DNA of 64,000 bases. It comes from Mytilus edulis (taxonomy: Eukaryota). Location: NCBI RefSeq assembly GCF_963676685.1, contig NC_092354.1:23188001-23252000 (forward strand). The letters are read 5' to 3'. Below are positions 46,768-59,500 of this stretch, piece after piece. How positions within the stretch are numbered: the first letter of the stretch is position 1; each line of letters opens with the position of its first letter. A program made the position numbers and the translations under genes. The notes under the pieces are model-generated. The model was given only the letters and a program-made list of their open reading frames with translations, searched no databases and had not been told where the DNA came from.

Positions 46768-49700
46768 TTATTGTTCTACAAGCAGAACCACTTCACTGAT
46801 AGGACGCAAGAATGTTTTTGGGTTGCCATCTATAATCATTCTGAGTTCTACCTTTCGGACTAGTCCATCATCACTGGGCATGACTTTTGTAACAATACCC
46901 AAAGGCCAAGAATTTCGAGAGAGTTCCTTGTCACGAACGAGTACAACGTCACCTAGTGAAACATTCTTTTCTACAGAAGTCCATTTCCTTCGATTTTGTA
47001 GTGTATTGAGGTATTCAACTTTCCAACGCTTCCAGAAGATTGCAGCGAGATTTTGAACCCTTTTCCACTGTTTACGGAGAAGATCCTTTTTGTCAACAGT
47101 TTCAAAATCTATGATGTTAGATTGCAATACATTAGATTTCTGAGTGAGTAATATCAACGGTGAAAGAATAAATGGATTGTTAGGATCTGTTGATGTTTCA
47201 ACGAGTGGTCTAGAGTTTATGATATAACTAGCCTCGGCTAAGAATGTTGTGAGTACTTCATGAGTCAAACTACGAGATCCATATTCAAGCAGCATGGCAT
47301 CCAAAATACGACGAGTCACACCAATCATCCTTTCCCACACTCCTCCCATGTGTGAAGAGTGTGGTGAATTGAAGATCCATGAAATTCCATGTTTTTGTAA
47401 GAAATTCTTAATCGGTCCATTTTCCACCTCCATGACATTTATATTCATTTCATTCACGGTACCTACAAAATTTGTGCCTCTATCTGAACGAAATATTCTG
47501 ATGGGACCACGTATTGCTTGAAATCTGAGTAACGCATTAATGAATGATGAAGCTGACATCTCCTCCACGACTTCGATGTGGACGGCTCGTGTTACAAGAC
47601 ATGTGAAGAGAGCAGCCCATCGTTTACTGTTTGCTGCACCGCCTCTGGTTTTCCTTGTTAACACCTCCCACGGACCAAACATATCAACGCCGACAGACGA
47701 AAAAGGTGGTTGTTCAGGCTCAATGCGATCAACAGGTAAGTTTGACATTTTTTGACATTGGAATTCTTTCCTGAGTTTTCTGCAAGTAACACACTTGTGC
47801 AGAATGGATGAAACAAGTCTTTTGCAACCTACTACCCAGTATCCTGCTGAACGAATTCGGCCTTCAGTAAAATGGCGTCCCTGATGTTTCACATCTTCAT
47901 GGTATTTACGGACGATAAGAGTTGTAACATGATGTTTTGCAGGTAAGATGATAGGATTCTTGAAGGAAGAATAAATTTAATATGTTTCAAGCGTCCACCT
48001 ACACGTAGGAGCCCATCATTGCCGATAAATGGATCCAGTTGTACGATAGAACTGTGTTTGTTTAGAGGCTTTGAGTCACGAATATCATTTAATTCACTTT
48101 CATAAAATTGCTGCTGTACCTCTCTTAGAACAAGCTGCTCTGTGTTGTGCAGCAATTCAACACTGTCCATGTTCTTTGAGCCATCTGATCGCTTCAAATT
48201 TAAATGACGCCGAATGAATTTTCGAACTGTAGCTAAGGCAAAATTCAATCTATTCCAATCAGAGAATTTCTCAAATACACTGTTGCCAAGACCATTCGGT
48301 TTAACATTCTCAATATCAACTTTGTTCGAACGGATTTCCACATCAACATCTGGCTGAATGAGTGAGAAGTCGGAATCTTTATCCAAAGATACATTAGGTG
48401 CTTCGATTCTGCTTGGCCCATGTAGCCAGAGACTATTCTGTAAGTCTGCGGGATGAATACCTCTAGTTCCTATATCTGCAGGGTTCTTTTCAGAACGAAC
48501 ATAGAGCCATTGAGTAGGTTCGCTATAACTTCTGATCCTTGCAACACGGTTGGCTACGTAAACAAAAAAGCGTCTCTTTTCATTGTAAATATAGCCTATA
48601 AGACTACTCGACTATCACTGAAATATTTGATGTTATCAATATTGATCTGCAAGTGGTCTACTGCAATCTGAGCAATTTCAACCCCTAGCACTGCAGAACA
48701 GAGTTCTAGTCTTGGAATGGTGGTACATTTCGCTGGAGCAACCTTGGCTTTACCTAGCACGAATCCAGTAGAAGTAGAACCATCCGAATAACTAACATGA
48801 AGGTAACACACAGCTGCAATGGCAAGTTCTGACGCATCACAGTAAATAAATAGTTCCTTGTTTACAGCATTGCTAAGATTTGGCACGATAATACGGGGTA
48901 TGCGCAAATCCTCTAAGTCAGGTAAGTTTTGACTCCATTTATTCCATTCAGTCAACAAATGTTCAGGCAATGGATCATCCCAATCAAATGTTGAAGACAC
49001 TATTTTTCGAAGTATGATTTTGCCTTGCACAGTTATTGGGGAGATAAATCCCATTGGGTCGTAAAGACTATTAACAACTGAGAGTATGCCTCTACGCGTT
49101 GCTGATTTAGTTTCATTAGAGATGCTGAATTTAAAGGTATCGGATCCTAAATCCCACAGCAGACCTAGGCTACGCTGAGTAGGTGAGTCTTTCTCAAAGT
49201 CCATATCCACGAGTCCCTTTGCTAAGTCTCCGGGTTCCAACGCATTTATAACAACTTTGCTATTGGACGCAAATTTATGAAGTCGCAGATTTCCATGCAT
49301 TTTCATGGCTTCTTGGGTTTTAAGAATCAAGTCTATAGCATCTTGGCTTGACGGGCAATACTTCAAGCCATCATCAACATAGAAATCATTGTTTATAAAA
49401 TTCTTCACATCGTCACCATGAGATTCAGTGGCTAATTCTCCTATTCGACGTAATCCATACATAGCTATTGAGGGCGAAGGTCGATTCCCAAAGACATGTA
49501 CACGCATACGGTAAGTAACAAGTGGGTTTTCAATCACATTATCTTTGTGCCATAGAAATCTGAGGAAATCTCTATGTTCTTCCTGTACCAGGAACGAATG
49601 GAACATTTGCTGGATATCAGCGACTACTCCTACCATCTCTTTTCTAAATCGAATAAGTATTCCGAGAAGACTGTTGATGAGATCAGGACCTTGAAGCAGC

Positions 49701-52700
49701 TGGTCATTCAGTGAAACATTGTTGAATTTTGCAGATGCGTCAAAGACGCCGCGAATTTGCTCTGGCTTGCGAGGGTGATATACCCCGAATAATGGAAGGT
49801 ACCAACGTTCTCTATCAGGAGGTAGATACGGGGCAATTTCAGCATGGTGATTGTCAATAATTTTCTGCATGAATTCGAGTAGATGCTGCTTCTTAGTTTC
49901 ATTCCTATGCAGTGAAGCATCTAGAGATTTGGCACGATTAAGCGCAAGCAGATAATTGTCTGGCATAGTATAATGTGGTGAACCAAAAGGTAAAGGCGCT
50001 ACCCATTTACCATCAAAGTCTAGGCGAAATTCTTTGTCCATTATGTCTAGAAATTTACGATCTTCAATTGACAGTCCGGGCTTATTGTCGTGACTAGTTG
50101 TTTCGAAAATGTTATATTTTGTCAATTGGGGTTGTTCACTTCTGATGAATGTTTTTCGAACGTTAATAATTTGTTCACATGGTTTCAAACTCGTAGGGCG
50201 CCCATTATCTATGATGAAATTCTGATCATACTCCGCTGATGAAGGACAATGTTGTCCAAAGAGACAAACATCACCAATGATAGTCCAGCCTAGTGGTGAA
50301 CGTTGTGCAAAAGGTGACCGTGGAGGTCCTAACTTTTGTTCAAGAACGTGGTGAGCACTTGAAAGGTCACGGCCTATCAGTAACATTATTTTCATAGAAG
50401 CGTCGTGTTCATGTAATTGATGAGCAATGTCATGCAAGTGTGGGTAATGGCGAGCAACATCCGGTGTCGGAATTTCAGTTTGATTGTCTGGAATATTGTC
50501 ACATTCTATAACAGGTGGTAATTTCATTTGCAGATTGTTACTGACGCTTTCAACTACCAGTCCTCCTACAATCCGTCCACTACTTGTCGACCTTCCGGAA
50601 CATGATTCCATCTTGTATTCGATTGTTTCAGATTCAACAGATAAGCTATCAAACAAACAAGTTTTTCCTAGAGTCCTATTGCTGTGGTCATCAAGCATTG
50701 CATATGCGAGTACAGCTTTGTCCGATTGTCCTTCCGGAAATATTCGCACTGGAAGAATTTTTGCGCATGATTTGCCTGTAAAGCTGGGAATACCACAAAT
50801 CTCGGTACAACGAGAGCTTACTTCTGCTGGTGTCTCCTCGCCATGCTTTGGTGCAGCATTACCAGTTCTTTGATTTGAGTTATTGTTAATGTCTGCATTA
50901 TTATTGTTAAAGTCTATATGAAAAGCAGTGCAATGAGTTGACGCTTTGCATATGTCACACTGTATCTGAGCCCGACAACGGTTTGCAAAATGGTCTGAAG
51001 TATCGCAACAACGTAAACAAATGTTATGACTTCGAAGCAGAGTCTTTCTGTTTTCTAAACTTTTGCTCCGGAAAGCTTTACACTCATTAATGGTGTGTTT
51101 GGCTCCAATGTGAATCAAACAGGCATGTGTTGAGTTTGAGTTTGACTTTGTTACAGGAGTAGAATTTACCTCCATCTTATTTGCCGTTATAAGATGCTGA
51201 TCTTTTTGTTTGTACATAGTGTTTTGTGGTTTACTGTAACTTGGTTTTCTTGTTGACTGATTCATAGGTGTTTCAAAAAGGAGACTTGGGTCATTTCGAA
51301 TAACACTTATTTCACCAATGAATTTTAAGAACTCGCTAAAAGGCGGGAAAATCACTTGGTTCTGCTTCTTATAATTCACCACTCGTGTGATCCATCTATC
51401 TTGAATAAACTTTGGCAGTTTTTGAACTATTGGTCTAATGCCTAGTGAGGAGTCTAAGTATGAAAATATCACACTATATTCTCGGAGTGTTTTCACAGCC
51501 TGAATTTCATTTAGCAAATCGTGTAGGTCATAAAGAACTTTACGGTCAATCATATTTGGCAAATTTGAAAGTTTTGTTTTCAAAGCAAATTCTAATAACT
51601 CTGCTGAACCGAAACGTTGGTCTAGTCTATTCCAAATATTGGTTAAACACAAGTCTGGACTGTCGGCACATGAAGCCCTGGTGCTCATGATCAGACGATA
51701 AGCATCGGAATCCTTTTTTACACAATTTGTCAACAGAGTGATTTCTTCTAATGCAGAACATTGAATGTCAGCAGCCATAACTTTGAATTGTTTTTTCCAC
51801 ACGATGTAACGGTCTGGCTTGTCGTCAAATCTTTGTTGTTGAAAGCTTTCTAACAATAAGTTTTTCTTAATAAGAAACGTTGATGTAAATTGTGTTTCTG
51901 CAGCAGCGCTATTGTGTGAAGCTGAGATTAAAGTGGTTGGCCCTTGGACTGGCATTGTTGGTTTTGCAGTAGTTGTTTGTTTAGGAATAGTGTGAACAAT
52001 GTTCTGTACTATTGGTGTAGAAGCAGTAATATCTTTTTGAAAATAGTCTGGCGAGACTGCAGGTACAAACAATTTTGCTTCAGCTGATAGAGGTTTGTCT
52101 TGTGGAGAAGTAGAGCCCAATCCATCTAGATAGTTTAAAGTTCTTTCGAACGCACCAATTTCCTCTTTAGGTAAGATATCAGACCCATCATGTTCAGATC
52201 CGCCTTGAGAATGTCTCTCTAGATAAGTTGCTTCTACATCAGCCGCTGCTGCATTTTTTTTTGTTGTTCAAGAATTTCTAGCTGTAAGGATTTTTCAAAT
52301 TGTTCTTTTTTCAATGCCACTTCTTTTTCAACATATTTGAGCTTTATTTTTTCAGATTCTGCTTTGGCTCTTAGCCCAACTGTACGACTCCCAGATGCTG
52401 ACGAACGAGTTCTGTCTGATCTTTGTGACGTGTGCGATTTAACTGATTTTGTTTCTATGGATTCCTTTGCAAACTGAATTTTGTCCATTAACATACTGTA
52501 TTTGTTTTTAACATCAGTCATTATCACCCAGTATGATTCCAATTCGTTTTGGGCTTCTGAATCTCTTGAACGTGACAGAAAATCAATGTACTCATTTGCA
52601 TTTTTGTCATATCTTTTGTACACAGTGTCTAAATCTGTTTCTGCACTTTGTAATGCTGACAAAGACTTTGGTAGTGTATTAAGATTGTTCATACAATTTG

Positions 52701-52839
52701 ATAACATGAAACTTGACACTTTTGCCCTTTTTATGTGAGTGTCCTTTTGTTCCTGGTGGAACAGAGTTCCCTTTTCAGTCATCTGACTAGTTCGTTGATC
52801 TGTGTCTTCTTCACGACTGTCTGTAAACATGGCGGACAT
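46768..52839 (-). pseudogene. BEL/Pao gag-pol polyprotein split into four ORFs by frameshifts
   Basis: Gag Zn knuckles CLRC..H....C/CDIC...H....H; protease YAMLDDHS; RT FYVDDGL; RNase H YCDASE...IPRLEL; integrase GVDMFGP/SDRGTNF/GGVWERMI. Confidence 0.92.
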
Positions 52840-52880
52840 GTACCAGTGTGTTGTAAGGATCCTTCAAGTAATCTTTTCAC

Positions 52881-53644
52881 TGTGCTGTCTCACAAGTAAA
52901 CACAGCTAACCATGGTATATCTTTATTGTTAATTGTTGTACAATTGTCATATACTGAATGCGGTGAAAAGCTACAATATAAAAATAAAACAATACTGTAG
53001 AAATTTGTTACAGAAAAAATACCTTAATAAAAATAGCAACATGCTAAGAACATAATTAGATGAAAATGTCTGATTTAGCAATTTATATAGCACATAGCAA
53101 GTGTGCATTGTTCCAGTATCACATAGAAATATTAAAAGACAGTACAAATTCACAAAATTGTAACTGCATGTTTATATACCTGGTGTACCATGAAAATATC
53201 TCAAAGTAGAAAAATATGGCTTATCAGTAGAAATTACCTAAATCTACACTTTAATTACACAATTAAATGTAAATAATAAATGAAATTATTTCTAAATTTC
53301 AAATACATGTTAAAAAATATCATAATTCTCAAAAACAATCATAATATGATAACGCGGATGGCGTTCCATACATAAAAAATCTCGCAACTTGACCCTTTGA
53401 CAAAATAATCTGAAAATGCCGTTATCGCGCAGCATACAAAAACTACAATTAATATGCATTAAGAACTATTTAAATGTGCACTAAAGACATGAAAAATTTA
53501 CTTACATTGTGCTTGGATTAACAGATTATTACTTTTAGATGATAGAATTAAAACGTGATAGTTTCAAGGAAGTTATCGTAATTCAATAATAAAAAAATCA
53601 AATCGGAAAAAGCTTTACAAAATTCCGGAAATCGTTCCAGCATA
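52881..53644 (-). repeat. 5' LTR
   Basis: Direct repeat of 45803-46566. Confidence 0.95.
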
Positions 53645-54499
53645 GATAGGTCTTGTCTAAATAGAGGCCATTTGGGATAAGGCCTAAAACAAAATAGTGT
53701 TTGTTTCCCCAATCCCGACCGACTTATTGCATATTGTAATTTCTCTGAAAATGTTTTTGAGACTAATTTGTGAGCTGATATTTCCTGAATGCTTTTTCGA
53801 CACCTTGAACTCAAAATCCATGTTTTAGTTTGATTTGATCTAAATTTCGGCACATTTTATATCTATTTAAGCTTCTCTGAAGTTGATTCAAAGATATGTC
53901 CTAGCAAAAATATATTACACATTAACACTAAAAACAGAAATTTATCAGTGGTCACCGATGCTATCAATATATATTGCATAAAGAAAGCATGTTCATTTTA
54001 TTATTTGAAGACTACACTCAATTTGATTGAAATCTCCATGTATATACCATAGTTGACCTATATTTAGCTTTTCAGTGACCCAGCTGTTGTTTTGAGAGTG
54101 GCAATATCTCCGTAGGTTATATCCGTTCCATATACTTTAGCTATAAAGTAATAGGACCAGGGTGCAAATGGTACTCCCAAATTTTATCTATCTTAACGGC
54201 ATCTGAAAAAAAAATATTGCTTTCATTACAACAATAAAAGAAAAGTAAACATCAAAAGAGCATGGCTCCCACACTTAGGTCAATGTGCATATCAGTAAAA
54301 CAATGAATAACATGGTAGGTAAAAATAGAATTCATGACAAAAAATCTCTTTTTTGCTGATCTTTTAGTTTGTTTTGTTGATATCTATCTTCTTTAAGTTT
54401 GCTGAAGAAACAAAAGAGGCCTAACAAATTATCTTTTAAGGACAAAGAGTTGGTTGTATAAAGAGTCACATTCTACTAAATCTTTTGACAAAGTTGGAC

Positions 54500-54900
54500 T
54501 TGTTTGTAGATCTTGCGTAAGTATTTCTATTGCATTACAGTGAGCAATTCTCCTTTGTTGCCGTTCAATCTAATTCCTCTCAACTGCAATTTGATGGCAC
54601 TTTGTTATTTTACCCATTATCGTCGATTATTTTATTTCACCTCTGAGTTAGTCTCATCACTAACAGTGACAGCACTTGTCAAGGACACCACAGTTGACCT
54701 GTTTATGACAATTGTGTTGTCTGTCTTTTGAATGTAGTGTCTCAGCATGACACTTGTCAAGTTTTAGCATTGACACTTTGGCACTGTCATAACAGATGGC
54801 TGTTATGAATCCGGTACAATCTGCTACAGCAATCTTGGGGAGGTCTTTTCCGTCCCATCTCTCTGGTACAACCTTCACCCTGATTGGTACATGGTATGGG
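54500..54900 (-). pseudogene. Degenerate OB-fold-like coding fragment
   Basis: KVVPERW...IAVADCTGFITAICYD resembles OB-fold beta strands (ADxTG motif); frameshifted. Confidence 0.3.
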
Positions 54901-55950
54901 GTGTTACCAGGCTGTTCTATGTTATTTATGGTCTGAAATGTATATAAACAATGATCAAGAATCTAGATGAGTGTACATACAATGAAATAAGGTGATTTGT
55001 TTTGACTGTAAATTTCTTCCCACAAAATCACATCTCTAGAACGGACATGGTGAGTTACGAGGACCATTCTTCTTTTCTTCAACTTGTTGTTAAAGCAAAC
55101 TACCTTCTGATATGTCTTCATATACCGAGTTGTTATCATCCCAGTCGCTATCACTCTCAATCGCCTCTAGCTTGAATGTTCTTCTTACTTCCGTATTCTC
55201 TGCCATCTTTGGAAACCAACGAGGGTCTGTTGTTTCAGATTCTGATGACTCAATATTCTCAAACTGAGACAGTACATTTTTAATATTAGTCAAGTCTTCC
55301 TTAACATGTACGCTCCTTTTGAATGATTTGTTCGTACGTCCATATTGGTAATTTAGATTGTAGAACTGACTTGTGAATCTGTACTTTCACCCAAACGTCA
55401 CCAGTGGGTTCACCATAGCCAATATCTTTTACAAAATCTTCTCTGAAACTACTGGGTCAAATAAAAGAAACTTGGCCACAACCTTCATTGGGGTATCTAG
55501 TTTAACGAATGTGTGGCATGACCCGGCCAATCAACCAAGATGGCCATCATGGCTAAAAATAGAACATAGGGGTAAAATGTAGATTTTGGCTTATAACTCT
55601 GAAACCAAAGCATTAAGAGTAATTCGGACATGGGGTTAAATTGTTTTGCAAGTCAAGATCTATCTATCCTGAAATTTTTAAATGAATCCGACAACTGGTT
55701 GTTGGGTTGCTGCCCCTGAATTGGAAATTTTTAAGGACATTTTGCTGTTTTTGGTTACTATCTTGAATATTATTATAGATAGAGATTAACTGTAAACAGC
55801 AATAATGTTCAGCAAAGATCCACAAATAAGTCAACATGACCAAAAAGGTCAGTTGACCCCTTAAGGAGTTATTGTCCTTTATAGTAAATTTTTAATATTT
55901 TGTACATTTTAATAAAATATTTTCCTCTGTAACTAATTGGCCAAGTTCAA

Positions 55951-56421
55951 TATAGGTGTAATACCACCAAATCATGGTACGTCACATCCGGTTGCATACG
56001 AAAGTAGGCCTAAAAAAATATTCCCTTGAATTTGACAGTTGTAGAAAATTAACCCTGCATTTCAATGCACTTAAATTTTTCTGAGTCGTAAATATGTATG
56101 TTGGATGTCTGAAAGCATCATTCTTTTTATATTTGATGGTCTTATAAAATATTTTGGAACGTTAAGGTTACGTAGTTACCAAAGCAGGTAACATGTAAAT
56201 AACAGTGTAAAAATTGGGTTGTTTACCTCCGGCGATGATTATTTTCTTATATGCAATGAAATGTAGTGTGAAATTTTCACTGTATCACTGGAAAGGATTA
56301 AACTTTACACATGCAAAGTATTTCTTTGGTTGAAATAAAGGTAAATACTGTACAATTTTTTTAAAAGTGCCAATTTAACAAAGACTAATAGGGAAAAATC
56401 AATGGTGGTATTACACCTATA
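55951..56421. mobile_element. MITE with 19-bp perfect inverted ends, nested in a HINE-like repeat
   Basis: tataggtgtaataccacca ... tggtggtattacacctata; the TA or TATA ends are probably the TSD. Confidence 0.8.
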
Positions 56422-56762
56422 AATTGAGATAATTGTAAGAAGCAAGAATATTCAGTAAAGTAAGATCTACAAACACATCACCATCACCAAAACACAATTT
56501 TGTCATGAATCCATCTATGTCCTTTGTTTGATATGCACATAGAGCAAGGTGAGCGACACAGGCATCAGACTGTCATTTCATGGCCTGACCTAACCTTTGA
56601 CGATTACATAACTAATGAAGACGAGTACATATAGAGTGTTAAAACAGCTATACAACATACACCACTCTTTTAATGATATTTTAAAGAATCAAGTTAATAT
56701 ATGGATTACAAAGAACGTCATTCAAAGAAATTCCTCTATAACAATGCTAAATATGAACATTA

Positions 56763-57000
56763 TCATGCTGATGTAGAGATGCAAAGTTCGGTGGTGTTTC
56801 TTCTACAGGTTGATTTGCATATTTCCCCAAATCTTGATACAGTTAGTCTCCATTCCCTAGCTTGGTACCAAGCCGTACTTACAATTTGTCCTCTTGACAT
56901 CGGTTCTGTTTTGTTTGCCGTTTTAAATAAAATAACATACTTCCACATAGTGTCGTAGGCTTTTTCAACATCGAAAAAGACCGACATCATATGATCATTG
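56763..57000 (-). pseudogene. Chimeric fragment: LINE RT piece fused to a YqaJ-like nuclease piece
   Basis: SVFFDVEKAYDTMW (RT) abuts SRGQ....WYQAREWRLTVSRFGEICK (YqaJ N-terminal motif). Confidence 0.6.
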
Positions 57001-57448
57001 TTACATTAACCTGAAATGTGAATTAATAATTTTTTGAATTTTTATATGTAAAATCCTCACCAATGAAACAGACAAATATTAGAAATATCAATGTTATTGC
57101 ACCTGAAGCGCAAATAAGTTTTCTCCAGGCCAATCAAGTTGTAATTCAGAAATGCTATTCAACGTTGTACTTGTTTGGTTTTATAACTTGATTGATTGAT
57201 TTTTGGTTACTTTACGCCGAGTTAGCTATAAAGAAGTAAGTTTTGGTGGTCAAGTTCATATCTCAGATACTATAAGCTATAGGTCTAGTACGTTCAGTGT
57301 ATGGAACGATTGTACATGTCGCCCTTGTTCAAAAGGCCGGATAAAGTTATCAAAACCTGGTTAATGATGGGTTAGGTTATCCACTGGACAAAATATTATC
57401 CAGTGGACAAGTCCCATAACTCTTAGTACTTCCTGTCACATTTGCTAA

Positions 57449-57760
57449 ATGGAACCAGAAAAGGGGAAAAGGGCTGCAAATTTTACAGAGGCAGAATAGG
57501 TCTTCCTCAAAGAGCTGGTGGAAAACATAAACATAACAAAATTCACTAGCTCAATTACCAATCAAAGAAAAAAACAGGTATGGGAAGACATTGCCAAACT
57601 TTTGAATTCAAGGGGTGGGGCACAAAGAACTGCTAAACATATCAAAGAAAAGTGGAGGACGTCGTGTGGGGCAGCAAAGGACAAGGCCAATGCAAGGACG
57701 ACTTGCGGTGGACCTCCAGCCGAGGCAAAAGAACCTGTAACACAGAAAACATTGGAACTG
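57449..57760 (+). pseudogene. Harbinger/PIF Myb/SANT-like DNA-binding protein relic
   Basis: KRAANFTEAE*...KKQVWEDIA..LNS...RT...IKEKW...TCGGPP, with an internal stop. Confidence 0.7.
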
Positions 57761-58949
57761 CAATACTTTTGGGTTAAATGGTAATACTATATGCAATACT
57801 TTCACACTGGTTTAAAAACACAACATTTTATGCTCATGTAATGACTACTACAAACGTTCGTGAATGTGTCGTCTACTTATGAGCGGTCATATTTAAATCT
57901 TCGATGTTGATATGCTTTTAATCTAAATTGTTTTAACACGAGAAACGGCGTTTTTCTTAAATCATAAAATGTAAAGCCATATGCATTCTCCATTAGTTTT
58001 ACATGGTATTTGACCAAAATATACATTTATGTAGTATATACGCATACGCATGTTTAATAATTTCGTAATGTGTACACCTGTACTGCCTTCAGTGGTGCCT
58101 GTTATACATCATGATTTAGCGGTCGCCCTGTGTCTGCATTTTCTTCATCTTTCACTTTCAAAACTGTGTACTGACATGTGCATGATGCATGATAAAAAGT
58201 ATCCTTTACTCTACACCTTTTTGTTTGTCGTTGACCGTATAATCTGGATAGCAGCACTCAACAAAAGTTGAGAAGATCGTTGTTCAAATCCGTTGCATTT
58301 AGCTTTGTAGCTTGTTGATGAAAGCTCTGCATATGAAACAGGAGTTTTAGGAGGATTGAAGTACTTAAGCATAGCTGTTTTCCTAATGAATATTTGCAGC
58401 AGGAAAATAATAAGTGTCTTCTTAATTTTAAACCAACCTAATAGGAGTGTTGTCTTTTCATATAGTCTTGTTTCCAATTTGTTTTATTGCATCATTGAAT
58501 GCTAATTCTAACCTATGGGCGAGGCAATGAATAATTATAATCTCCGGATTTTCCTCTCTCAGGTGAGCAGCAACACCACTTCTTTTGCCCTAACAAAAAA
58601 GTAATCAACTGAAAAGGTGCAAAATAAAATTCTTTAAAAATGAAAATTATATATGTGATTGTCAGAGAATATTGTGCTTTAATTTATGCTAGCTTAACTT
58701 TTGCCAATAAAATATAAATTAGAAACACGAGGATCTGGTATGAGTGCCAATGGGACAACTCTCCATCCTGGTCCAAGGCAAAACAATAAATATTTAAAAT
58801 AATCAGCAAACCTTTGTCAGAATTAAAGCATGTAATAAATAAATACCAATGTCATTAGGTGTATAAAAAAAAAACATATCAGTCCTTAGCCACAACTTGA
58901 CCTGTTTAGATCATGGGATGAGAAAGGCGCTTTTTTAAGTTAAAATTAT

Positions 58950-59500
58950 TACCTTGCATATTGATGCGCCATCAGAACCAAACACCTACTATTTTCGTCC
59001 ACAAATCAGTATTACATGTACGATCTTCCCTGTCAAAAGTTGCCTTTATAAATGAAACAATATCTAAGGCACAGGCTGACTCTGCTGTTCTTAAACAAAA
59101 GAAACTGTCAGTGACTCATACTCGTCTCCCATAAAATCACTTGTCCCATCACACGTTACACTTATAAATTTTGAGGCATCCAATAACTTGTTTACGTCAC
59201 TTCTCGAGACATTGGCGATTTGTCATTCAAATAAGTTTCGCCAACATCTAAACCTTTAGCCTAGTCTAGCTGGCATAAAATGGGATAAAATTTGAATGCT
59301 AGATGATGTTTTGCATTTGCATTGCGAAAAAGAACATTCATCCTGTCATAATCATGAGCTTTCAATTTCACAACAGCCTTAGCTGCCTCTGATTTTTCAG
59401 CAGCTGGCCTCGTTGAAACAAGTGAGACAGTTTTATGTAGCTTGGAATTTTCATGCGCTTGTATTGCTTCAAGCCTAAAGTTGGAAGTCAAGAACATACC
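58950..59500 (-). pseudogene. hAT transposase (ZNF862-like) fragment
   Basis: NFRLEAIQAHENSKLH, LFRNA, LD*AKGLDVGETY, SVTCDGTSD, GFGSDGAS motifs with stops. Confidence 0.7.

Larger units (their letters stand above)
45803..53644 (-). mobile_element. BEL/Pao LTR retrotransposon, full length (7.8 kb), frameshifted
   Basis: Two 764-bp LTRs, PPT ggcgaggag, gag-PR-RT-RH-IN domain order, imperfect 5-bp TSD gatat/gatag. Confidence 0.95.
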
